DNA of 58,974 nucleotides, filler included, from Basidiobolus meristosporus CBS 931.73 (GCA_002104905.1; 3 parts of 3 records of this genome joined end to end with filler, not necessarily neighbours in it); one strand, 5' to 3'. Positions 49,115 to 58,324 are shown, counted from the first letter of the whole stretch. Numbers and translations: made by a program. Notes: generated from the letters alone by a model not told the origin.

Positions 49115-49645
49115 CTAATCCGAGTATCTGTTTCCACTGAAATATCTAACTTTGAAGTGGCGACGAGCAGATCTCTTATACTTCTTGTATCCCCCTCTAA
49201 GCGCACGCGCTGCTGGCTGAGTGATGATAATATGTGGCTGTTGCTGCTTGGGCTGGTACAGGGTTTGATCAATGACTTGCGCTTGGTCGAACTGGTTTGA
49301 GTTGGACAAGGCATTGGCTTTACTGGCAGAATGGCCATTGATGTTGTCCAACAAGGCTTGGGATGGTTGAAGATTGGAAATGTCGAACCCTTGCAACCCA
49401 GAGAATCCTGGCTGCTCACCTGGAGTCTCGCTTGTCTGCATTGGAGCACTCATCTCCGAATCATCCCCCTCCTCAGTTGACGGCTGGTATTCTTGACTGG
49501 GGACCGAAGTGTCCTGATAACAAGCACCCTGTTGTTCGACGCATGGCTCATTGGTGAAGGCTACCTGGGAGTCACCGAGTGGGGTAGCGGAGATTGCTTG
49601 CAACGAAGCGATGGCGGAAACTAGCAAGAGGAAGGAAAGCTGCAT
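49115..49645 (-). CDS. Putative secreted Gln/Ser-rich protein
   Basis: MQLSFLLLVSAIASLQAISA-TP signal peptide; low-complexity Q/E/S body; the 3' end may be spliced. Confidence 0.55.
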   Translation of the reverse strand: MQLSFLLLVSAIASLQAISATPLGDSQVAFTNEPCVEQQGACYQDTSVPSQEYQPSTEEGDDSEMSAPMQTSETPGEQPGFSGLQGFDISNLQPSQALLDNINGHSASKANALSNSNQFDQAQVIDQTLYQPKQQQPHIIITQPAARALRGGYKKYKRSARRHFKVRYFSGNRYSD

Positions 49646-50927
49646 GACTGGCTGGTGGAGTCTCATGCGAATTTTGCCGATTTATATCACCTCGATCCCA
49701 CTCAATTAGGCTTCGTTCATAGCGCTAGCTTTATGCGAGCTAGATTGATTTAACCTTTGCTACTTTACCTCTTCGTACCAAGGCTATACAGTATAGGCTG
49801 CACTTCAAAGCGTAAAGAATGAGGGCGATCTGGTCAATGATACCCTTAATATCATTCACAATTCTCTCAGTTTTTGCAATAGCTATCCATATTGGTAAGG
49901 ACTTTGGTAATTGTTCACTAATGAGCCTAAACATTACCGTCGATAGCTCCAAGGTGATTTCGGTCAATTTCAATGGGTTTTGGTACTCCCTTTGTATCAG
50001 TGTAGCTTTTCTGGATGGTACTTTGTCCTGTGAGCTTGGTATCTTTGTTCCATCTTTAAGGCAAGTATCTCTTACGATAGTCCTATTATTACCTGGAAGG
50101 TATTGTCCTTTGGTAGTGTTGTTTTCTTGCTATACATATGCTTATAAATATTGCTGAACTGACCCTGCCGCAACTGGAGAGCAGCCACCACAGTCAAGCT
50201 TTGGGGCAGGCGTATCAAATTAACCTGTTATTACAAGAACCTAGGGCTGTTGCTGATTGGTGAACAATACGACTGTCCTGGGGTGTACAGCACAGTACAG
50301 GCAAGAATAAATTGGTCAGTTGTTTGCCAAGAGTTGGGGATATTGAGTGGATAGTGCTCGGGATAGTTGAGGCTGCCTTGGAATTTCTTGTTGTAGTACA
50401 CGCGTTTTCAATTAGTTATTTGTCAAGAAACAAGCCAAATGTGACTGTTCACTTTATTTGTGTTACGCTTTATCTATGCTGCTACAATCAATAGCTTGGA
50501 TGGCGATGCTTTCTTGCAAGACACATGCACTTATCTATTGCAAACTTTACCCTGCCACAGATGGAGTACAGCGTCGGATTAAGAGCTCAGCCACCGACTA
50601 CCACGGTCATTCTTTTGGGCAGGTTGATTACATAACCTGTTATTTCAAGAACAGACTCATTGCTGATTGGTGCAAATCCTTGTCACCAATGACCGGCATG
50701 GTGCATAGAGACGGTGCCGGCATGAAGGAAATATTCATGGATGTGTTTAGCTAGTACTGGTTTCCTCAGGTAATGTTGCAGATTTGGCCTCAACTGTAAC
50801 CATTCATGATTTCTGGATCATTTCTCCAAGCTTGGCCTAAGACTCAGCACTTTAGGTGGGAAGCCGCTATACTTAGTAGAAATGGGCGCATGAAGCAGCC
50901 ATTAGCATAATGACACAACACTAAGCC

Positions 50928-51330
50928 ACCACCTGGATAAGGTGATATAAAGCAGCAGGTGTGGGCTTGTTAGTCTCAAGACTTATTGCACTCCACTTCC
51001 TCAGCCATGGTATCCGATCAAGAAGCCCGTTTGTACTCTGCTGATGTCAGAGAAGAAATTGCCAGAGCCAAGAGAGCTAACAACGGAAACTACGCCTCAG
51101 TCACAGTCAAAGGGATTCGCTGGACTTGGAGAGGACCCGGAACTGGCGAGCTGTCCTTCAAGCAGATCCTCGAAGGGAGAAAGGGGACCGCCTGCGTGGA
51201 TAGCCAGACTTGGATAATCTCGTAGGGTTCGGTTGGTGCTTGCGTAGCTGGTGGACTCTTGGAGATGTTACTGTTAAGGATATTTAGCTGAAACATTGCG
51301 AAATAAATTCATCCAAATCCGCATTCCTTT
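50928..51330 (+). repeat. Duplicated segment copy A (TATA-like box plus small ORF 51007-51225)
   Basis: High similarity to 51918-52310. Confidence 0.8.
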
Positions 51331-51917
51331 GACCTAGCTGTGATATGCTCAATGATGCAAAAAGAATTGCATTACAAACATCCAGCACATTTGCTACCTC
51401 AAGTCCACATAACAGTGACATTTGGTACCTTAAGCCTTGCACTTCCACAGTTTTCAACGATATATTACAAGTCACTGGAATATCCAATCCTCAATGCGTA
51501 TTTTCTAAATCGTTGCATTATTAAGTCGGTGTGAATCTTCCCTTTAATAACTTATTGCATGGTTAAGCCGTGTACGTGTAACCATCAGTCCATGGAGATG
51601 TTGGGGCTGCACCGTCTTGGCTGTATAACTTACTGAGTGTCATTGTTGCAAGAGATAACAAGTGTGGATATAAGATAATATATACTGATTGTTGTGGGTG
51701 TCTTTGGCTTCACCACAGTTGGCCATCCAGTCTTTGCATCTGGTTCATGCCATGCTTGACCAATCCACTCAATATAAGCAACTATTCATCTGGAAGGTGC
51801 GTGGATGGTGTGTGGATGGTTTGTTACCAGTGCACAGTCAATCTGGATTGCTTGCTATAAATTGTTGCGGGCTGTATGGAAGAAGTGAGGCGTCAAAATG
51901 CCGTAGTATTGAGTCAC

Positions 51918-52310
51918 CGTCTGGGTGGGATAGATATAAAGCAGCAGTTGTGGACTTGTCTGTCTTAAAACTTATTGCACCCCACTTCCTCAGCCATGAT
52001 ATCTGATCAAGAAGACCGTTTGTACTCTGCTGATGTCAGAGAAGAAATTGCCAGAGCCAAGAGAGCTAACAACGGAAACTACGCCTCAGTCACAGTGAAA
52101 GGGATTTGCTGGGCTTGGAGAGGACTCGGAACTGGCAAACTGTCCTCCAAGCAGATCCTCAAAGGGAGAAAGGGGACCGCCTGCGTGGATAGGTTTGGTT
52201 GGTGCCTACGTAGCCGGTAGACTCTTGGAGATGTTGCTGTTAAGGATATTTAGCTGAAGCATTGTGAAGTAATAAACATTCCTTTGACCCAGCTGTATTA
52301 TGCTCATTGC
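51918..52310 (+). repeat. Duplicated segment copy B (with ~22-nt deletion)
   Basis: Direct repeat of copy A about 1 kb downstream. Confidence 0.8.
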
Positions 52311-53057
52311 ACTTTATCAAATATATGTGAATTGCTATTTTGATTGTCTAAGTGTACAACTGCCATGTACAGGCTAAACTTACAGCTTTCAGTATCTCAG
52401 GTTCTATTGTTTTTACAGACAAGGATAAATATTTTCTCGGGGGTGAATAGGCTGAATATCCTTTCCACAAGACTTGGTAATATGTTATCGTGAAATTCAC
52501 ACCTACCAGGTGTGGGACAAGTATTACTGTTGTCCAAGGTTGATGATTCTGTGAACAGAATAGGAAATTTCAAAGGCGCCTCCATTATATCTTTTTTGAA
52601 TAACTGTCATACAGATACAACACGCTTTACAATACAGTTGAAAGATAAAGATGCAATATTGAAGAGTGTTATTGTAGGGATGTGTAGAGTTCAAGATTTA
52701 ATGGCAACTACTTCAACGAATATTCCTGGCGTTTTTTAGTTGCAGTGGAGAGTATTTCTTCAGATACCGGGAGCAAAAACGGATATTTTGAATAAACATT
52801 AAAGTGATTTAATGGTATCACGGGCCCTGATCTTGGGGGAATAAATAGTCACATACGTCTACTAATGTATTTATACTTATTGTCCAGCATCCACCAGAGG
52901 TTTTTGACAGAGTAGCACTATTATTTATACCGTTGTAAATGATGTGTAGCATGTATGGTTAGAATACCCCAACATATACTGTTTACTTCTTTATACAGCT
53001 ACTTTGTATACTTGCATTATTTCTAGCATTCAACATTGAACGTTGTTGTGCATCAAC

Positions 53058-53085
53058 TTAGGGTTAGGGTTAGGGTGGGTTAGGG
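53058..53085 (+). repeat. Interstitial telomeric tract (TTAGGG)3-TGGG-TTAGGG marking a former chromosome end
   Basis: Unique DNA ends at ..CATCAAC; everything distal is retroelement or telomeric DNA. Confidence 0.85.
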
Positions 53086-53502
53086 GGGGGGAGGAAAGTC
53101 ACCAAGTGGTGAAATCTTTATTTACTTATGACAAGTATCTAAAGAAGCCAAGTTAATCTGAAGTTATTCCTAGAAAGCTAGGTCTGAGAGATATCTTCCT
53201 GATAAGCCAGGTCTGAGAGTTGAGAGGCTGAGTGGTACTATATTTCCTAGTTAGCTAGGTCTGAGAGAGGTTTCCTGGAAAGCCAGGCCTGAGAAGTGAG
53301 AATCTGAATATATCTGAGCTAAGTTATACTGGTTTGCGGTAGCTGAATTGTGGCCGGAATGGCCAGTAGACTGGGGGAACTGAGAGGAATTTCTGGGCGA
53401 TCACTGGCCAAATTTACTAGGCAAATCTGGCCAATTAGCATTTCAAGGATTTCAGCCAATCAGAGCCTTTACTTTGCCCGATGGTTGATCAAGCCATCTC
53501 CC
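53081..53502 (-). mobile_element. Non-coding structured module (NC), proximal right copy
   Basis: Direct repeat of 58325-58746; ends (sense) in the double hairpin plus CCCCCTAACCC. Confidence 0.85.
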
Positions 53503-53514
53503 TTAGGGTTAGGG
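53503..53514 (+). repeat. (TTAGGG)2 between modules
   Basis: ccTTAGGGTTAGGGgg. Confidence 0.85.
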
Positions 53515-53656
53515 GGATGATCATCACCAAAGGGTGAAATCTTTATTTAAATAATAAATAAAGAAGCCAAGTTTGCATATGAATATCTGAGATGCAGGAA
53601 GCCTACAAGATAAACTTGGACTTTGCTGTATCCCAAATATCCTCAATATCAAAGTC
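53509..53656 (-). mobile_element. 3' fragment of a third ORF1-only family (family 3)
   Basis: Encodes ..DFDIEDIWDTAKSKFIL* (53603-53656), homologous to the ORF1 C-terminal LWD(T/S)A; own double-hairpin variant. Confidence 0.65.
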
Positions 53657-53719
53657 TAGGGGGGGAGACAGTCACCAACAGGTGAAATCTTTATTTCAGT
53701 TGAAACAAAGAAGCCAGCG

Positions 53720-56488
53720 CTACTGTTGTAGCTTTGATACAAGAGTGTGTAGCTGAGGGGAATTAGTAGGTAAGTTAATAAGAAGTGATGATAGTTCTTC
53801 AGTGCTCAAGACACTGTTCAGTGGGAAGGGGGGTAGCAAGAGAGGTAAGAATGACTTGTGAACAACATTAATGAGGGGAATGTGATAAGGATTGATATTC
53901 ATCATAAAGGGAGTGTGCTGCTGCAGATATTGCTGCCAAAGGTCTGTCAAGTACTTCAGGTAGGCCAGCTTGGGTTTTTCTGACTGCAGAATAAATTCAG
54001 CAAACTTCTTGACTTCAGGATCTCCAAGTATGGTTCTCCAGCAGGAGCCAGGTGTTGTGTGGTGTGTTCTCTTCCAGGCCTTAATCAGTGGGTTGTTGCA
54101 GTTGTGAAGTCTGAGGTATAATCTGGTTCTTAGGTAGAGAAGTCTGATCTTATAGGGCATAAACCCAAAAGCACCAAGAATAGCATGTCTGTAGGGGCAT
54201 TCAGGCAAATGAGGCACCAAGGAGGTAATGCACCATACTGCAAACTTGTCAAGCTTAGTGCAGTCTCTAGAAGTAAGAGAGAGAAGTGGTAAGCCAAATT
54301 CCAGGACAGGGAAGACAAACTGCTTGAGTAGAAGGAGGCAGCTGGGAGCTGAAGTTGTAGGAGGAGTAACAGCCAGTAGCTTGTGGAGTGCCTGTCTTGC
54401 CAGGATAATTCTCTTCTTCAGGTGTGCTCCAGAGTCTAGTCCAGTAGGAAGGAAAGGAAAGCCAAGATATGTAGCAGAAACCTGAGCAGGTAGAGTGGAG
54501 TTCTCCAAGTTGATGGGAGAGCCCAAAGGTACTGTCTTTGCAATGGAAAGCTGGAGATTATTCTTCTGCAGATACTGGTGGATGGTCTGGGAGTCTTGTT
54601 GCACATTGGAGGAGGATATTCTGATGTCATCAGCAAAGAGAGTAACCAGGCAGTCAGCTGAGAGTCTTGGGAAATCATTCAGGAAGATGGCAAACAGTAT
54701 AGGACCAAGCACAGAGCCTTGAACCACTCCATTAGGAACTGAGAACACAGCTGATTGCTCACTTGGGTGCAGAATTCTTGCTTGTGGATCCAGAAACAGA
54801 GACCTGACAAGGAGGGTGAGAGAGGTACTGGAGAAGCATTGCAACTTGGACCAAAGCAGATTTCTGTCAACAGAATCAAAGGCCTTAGTAATATCAAACA
54901 GAACAGAGGGATACTTGCACTGGAGAGAGTGATCTTGGCTAAGTATGACTGCATATTCCAAGGAGAGGCCAGGAACAAAGCCAAACTGTGCAGGATGAAA
55001 CTTGAGAGAGTCAGAGTAGAGCTCCTGAGCAAGCAGAAGCTCAAACACCTTTCTGCAGGTGGGCAGCAGAGATATTGGCCTGTAGGAGCTAGGATCCAGG
55101 TGCTTTCCTTTACCCTTGTACAGTGGCAGAACATTTGCAAAGGACCATTCCTCAGGAGTAGAAAGCTGGGCTGAGCATTGCTGAAACAGTGGAAGCAGAA
55201 GTGCAGACATGGCCTTGGTACTAGTCTTCAGAAGCTCATAGGAGATTGTGTCCACACCTGGAGCAGTAGAGTTTGGAAGCCTCTTGAGCACATTATGGAT
55301 TCTCCCTTGATCAAGTGCAAGTGGGATGGGCAGAGTCTTGAAGTCAGGATGAAAGCCAGGAGTTGAGTACTGCTTTGTAGAGAAGAAGATGTTAGCCAGC
55401 TGTTCTGTTGAAGGTAACTTCCTGGAAGAGGGCCTCATTGCCCTGTAGAGTCTTGATACTGTTCTTGTTATAGAGTTGGAAGATTGCAGAGGCAAGGAAC
55501 TCATAATATGATCCCAGAGCTGAGTATGCAGAGTGTGGTGAATTGCCTTGGAGTGGTGTATTGCTGTCAGGAGGAGTTTCTCTGTTTTTGGGTTAGGGAA
55601 ACTCAGGTAGCTTTGTTGCAGGGCTGAAACAATAGATTCCCATTTTCTTGAGGTAACAGCAGTAGTCTTGCATGGCAGTGAGAGGGAGGCAGACACCAGA
55701 ATCAGATGCTTCACAAAGAGCCAGGCATAGTTGAGATCATCTGGCAGAGAAAGTAGCAAACTGGCAAGCTTCAAGTAGTTCCCAAAGTCTTTCTTCTGAT
55801 TCTTGGTAGCTTTGTGGGTGAGCACAGTAAGTTTTGGCAGCTTCTTCTTCACAACTGGTTGCATAGAAAGGGACCAGGCTGGGTGGTCAGAGGCTCTCAA
55901 GGACCCTAGCTCAGCTGCAGAGAATTGCTTAACTTCATTCACAAAGTAGAGGGCAGCAGCAGAAGGGCAGATCCAGTCAACACATCTTTTCTCAGATTGA
56001 GCACCTAGTGCTAGCAGATGGCTTTCTCTCAGGAAGTTCAGTAGGAATGTAGACCTTGGCTTCATTCTTGCAGTCAGAGTAGTCTTGTTCTCAGGATGGG
56101 GAATGTTGAGATCTCCAAGCAAGATAATAGGTGTTGATATAGATTGCTGGTATTGCTGAACTTTCTGGCATATAACTTGCACTTCCTGAAGGGCAAGACT
56201 TGGAGGCAGATAGCAGAGCACCAGACTGATAGTTGGCAACTGGAGAGCAGCACAGTAAGGGGAGTAAAGAGGAACACAGAGCTGAGGAGTATTGATGGTA
56301 GAAGAGATGAAGCAGATAGAGGAGGTATTCTTTGTTCTAGGAGTAGAAAAGCAATATAGATTAGTCAAAAGTATAGAAGGTAGCTGAACATCAATCAAAC
56401 ACAGGAGGGAAAATCTTGAAAGAAGTCTCTCTAGAGTTGGTCTTGATGGCTGTATGCTGTTGCAGTTAAGCAACAGAACTTCAGGTAG
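53720..56488 (-). CDS. ORF2: apurinic-like endonuclease plus non-LTR reverse transcriptase (922 codons after the ORF1 stop; no initiating ATG)
   Basis: EN: LLLNCN, CYLPP, GDLN, VDWI, SDH; RT: APGVD, YRPISLL, QFGF, FDITKAFDSV, GVVQGSVLGP, FADD, YLG; no C-terminal CCHC seen. Confidence 0.93.
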   Translation of the reverse strand, partial: LPEVLLLNCNSIQPSRPTLERLLSRFSLLCLIDVQLPSILLTNLYCFSTPRTKNTSSICFISSTINTPQLCVPLYSPYCAALQLPTISLVLCYLPPSLALQEVQVICQKVQQYQQSISTPIILLGDLNIPHPENKTTLTARMKPRSTFLLNFLRESHLLALGAQSEKRCVDWICPSAAALYFVNEVKQFSAAELGSLRASDHPAWSLSMQPVVKKKLPKLTVLTHKATKNQKKDFGNYLKLASLLLSLPDDLNYAWLFVKHLILVSASLSLPCKTTAVTSRKWESIVSALQQSYLSFPNPKTEKLLLTAIHHSKAIHHTLHTQLWDHIMSSLPLQSSNSITRTVSRLYRAMRPSSRKLPSTEQLANIFFSTKQYSTPGFHPDFKTLPIPLALDQGRIHNVLKRLPNSTAPGVDTISYELLKTSTKAMSALLLPLFQQCSAQLSTPEEWSFANVLPLYKGKGKHLDPSSYRPISLLPTCRKVFELLLAQELYSDSLKFHPAQFGFVPGLSLEYAVILSQDHSLQCKYPSVLFDITKAFDSVDRNLLWSKLQCFSSTSLTLLVRSLFLDPQARILHPSEQSAVFSVPNGVVQGSVLGPILFAIFLNDFPRLSADCLVTLFADDIRISSSNVQQDSQTIHQYLQKNNLQLSIAKTVPLGSPINLENSTLPAQVSATYLGFPFLPTGLDSGAHLKKRIILARQALHKLLAVTPPTTSAPSCLLLLKQFVFPVLEFGLPLLSLTSRDCTKLDKFAVWCITSLVPHLPECPYRHAILGAFGFMPYKIRLLYLRTRLYLRLHNCNNPLIKAWKRTHHTTPGSCWRTILGDPEVKKFAEFILQSEKPKLAYLKYLTDLWQQYLQQHTPFMMNINPYHIPLINVVHKSFLPLLLPPFPLNSVLSTEELSSLLINLPTNSPQLHTLVSKLQQ

Positions 56489-57997
56489 TCAGGCAGAGAT
56501 TGTAGCTTCTTCAGAGGCAGCATTGACAATGTGACCTGCAGAGTCCCAGAGCTCTTCAAATGGTGCATCACTTAAGTCAGCAAGGAGGGAAATGGCATGA
56601 TTCTTGAGGAAGTATGCCACATCATAGGAGGGGGCTTGTCTCTTGATGGCAGCAAAGAAAGACAGAATGGCAACATGGGCTGGAGGCTTGTTGAACAGTA
56701 GAGAGTCAGAGGATTCAGATTCTTCAGGCACTATCTTGAAGTCAGTTTTCAGCCAGTTAAGGTTCTTTGCCACAAAGGCAACAAATGGGTCAGCAATGTT
56801 TTGGTCTAGGATAACCTCCAGAATCTTCCCTTTTCTCCAGGCCAGGTTGACAATTCTTGAGAGCTGAATATTGCATGCCTTGAGTGCTTTCCTGATGTTG
56901 GAGATGGGAGTCCAGGGAACTTGCTTCAAGTACACCACAGTCCAGGTAGAAGCTGGTGGTAGGTTTGCTGGGGGCTTGTAAGTCCTTCTGTGTGGCAATG
57001 GAGCTGCAGTAGTCAGATTGGAGTCCACATTCTCAGTAGAGGGTTTTCTTGATGTGTCTTGCTGTATGGTACTGGAGCTGGATGTGCTGATAATTCTTGC
57101 TAGAACCTTGCCTGCATAAGTCTGAGGAATAGCTGAGGTAACTGTAGAGGTGGTGGCAGCTGGTGCAGGTGGAGAGGCAGAAACTGAAGCAGGAACTGAG
57201 GTCACCTGGGAGAAGGCAGTAGCAGCAGGTTTTCTGGGAGGAACAGAGTTCACAATCCAGTTGTTCTGTAAAACACTGGAGTAGCTTTTCTGTGGAACAG
57301 GATCTTGCTCTTGAACAAGAACAGAAGCAGGAGGCTGGGGCTGGGCAGTAGTGGTAAGGCAGTGGCACTCCAAGGAAGCTTTTTGCAAGGCATCTCTGGC
57401 AGTTTTCAGGGCAGTATTGGCTTCATTCTTGAGCTTCTTGCATTGGGCATCCAGTCTCTTGTTTTCAATAGCCAGGGCAGTATTGGCAGCCTCTAAATCA
57501 GCAATTCTCTTCTCAATTGCAAGGAATCTTTGAAGAAATGCATCAGTAGAAGTGCTGGCATCTGGGAGAGCAGTGGCAGGAATAGAGTCCATTGACAGTG
57601 GGCTTCTTGGAGGCAAGGAAAGTGGACTGGCAGATTCAGGCACAAAAGGAGATATCCTGGCAGGAGGAGAAGGAGTATCCAAGGCAGTAACAGAGGCAAT
57701 TCTTATTGGTGAAGCAGCAGCAGGGGAGGCAAGCCTGTTCAGAAACTGGGCAGGAGAGAGTGCTTGAGGAGAGGGAGTCTTCAGCTTGCCAAGCATGTCT
57801 TCCATCAGAGTGATACCAATATTCCTGGTGCATTTGCAGAGAAAAGTAAGCTTCCTGAGTCTGCCAGCTCTTCCATTCCTTCTGATAGTTCCTTTGTTTC
57901 CACAGTTGGGGCAAGAAATCTTCTTGACAGACTTGTCAAAGCAATCAAGAACCTTCCTTTCAGGTGTAGTGGGCTCCTGTTGAGGTTTTGGTGGCAT
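56489..57997 (-). CDS. ORF1 (502 aa): N-terminal CxxC..CxC zinc finger, Pro/Ser-rich linker, coiled coil, conserved C-terminal domain
   Basis: CPNCGNKG..FLCKC; IEKRIADLEAANTALAIENKRL; homology to the family-2 protein. Confidence 0.88.
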   Translation of the reverse strand: MPPKPQQEPTTPERKVLDCFDKSVKKISCPNCGNKGTIRRNGRAGRLRKLTFLCKCTRNIGITLMEDMLGKLKTPSPQALSPAQFLNRLASPAAASPIRIASVTALDTPSPPARISPFVPESASPLSLPPRSPLSMDSIPATALPDASTSTDAFLQRFLAIEKRIADLEAANTALAIENKRLDAQCKKLKNEANTALKTARDALQKASLECHCLTTTAQPQPPASVLVQEQDPVPQKSYSSVLQNNWIVNSVPPRKPAATAFSQVTSVPASVSASPPAPAATTSTVTSAIPQTYAGKVLARIISTSSSSTIQQDTSRKPSTENVDSNLTTAAPLPHRRTYKPPANLPPASTWTVVYLKQVPWTPISNIRKALKACNIQLSRIVNLAWRKGKILEVILDQNIADPFVAFVAKNLNWLKTDFKIVPEESESSDSLLFNKPPAHVAILSFFAAIKRQAPSYDVAYFLKNHAISLLADLSDAPFEELWDSAGHIVNAASEEATISA

Positions 57998-58066
57998 ATC
58001 CAGAGTTTCAGCTTCAAATTTCAATTTTTGAGATTTTTGGGTGATTTTTGATGGGCGGGATCAAAA

Positions 58067-58080
58067 TTAGGGTTAGGGTT
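58067..58080 (+). repeat. (TTAGGG)2TT embedded in the 5' leader of family 1
   Basis: Not accompanied by a double hairpin, unlike other module junctions; flanked by the CpGs of the leader. Confidence 0.8.
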
Positions 58081-58121
58081 GCGCGCTGTGACTGCTTTTT
58101 ATGATCGCAAGGTCAGAACCT

Positions 58122-58324
58122 AGGAAAAAATAAAAATAGTTAGTAAAGGTGATTTAATGGATGGATGGATGGATTCGGAGTCAGATTCAATCAAAAAATC
58201 AAATCGTTGACTAATTTAAAGAGGAAAAAATAAAAATAGTTAGTAAAGGTGATTTAATGGATGGATGGATGGATTCGGAGTCAGATTCAATCAAAAAATC
58301 AAATCGTTGACTAATTTAAAGAGG
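58122..58324. repeat. Perfect 100-bp tandem repeat x2 at the 5' end of family 1
   Basis: AGGAAAAAATAAAAATAG.. starts at 58122 and 58222; contains (GGAT)n. Confidence 0.92.

Larger units (their letters stand above)
53657..58324 (-). mobile_element. Full-length autonomous telomere-associated non-LTR retrotransposon (family 1: ORF1 plus APE-RT)
   Basis: Two long frames, 63-nt structured 3' UTR ending in CCCCCCCTA, no poly(A), 5' tandem repeats; 5' end faces the telomere. Confidence 0.92.

Noticed and set aside
53081-53152. Double hairpin as a hammerhead ribozyme (as in Penelope-like elements)
   Set aside because: GAAA follows a stem on the plus strand, but CUGANGA and the NUH cleavage triplet are absent on both strands.
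53657-58024. Classification as an EN-deficient Penelope-like (Athena/Coprina) element
   Set aside because: Polarity is similar, but ORF2 has an N-terminal APE domain and LINE-type RT motifs.
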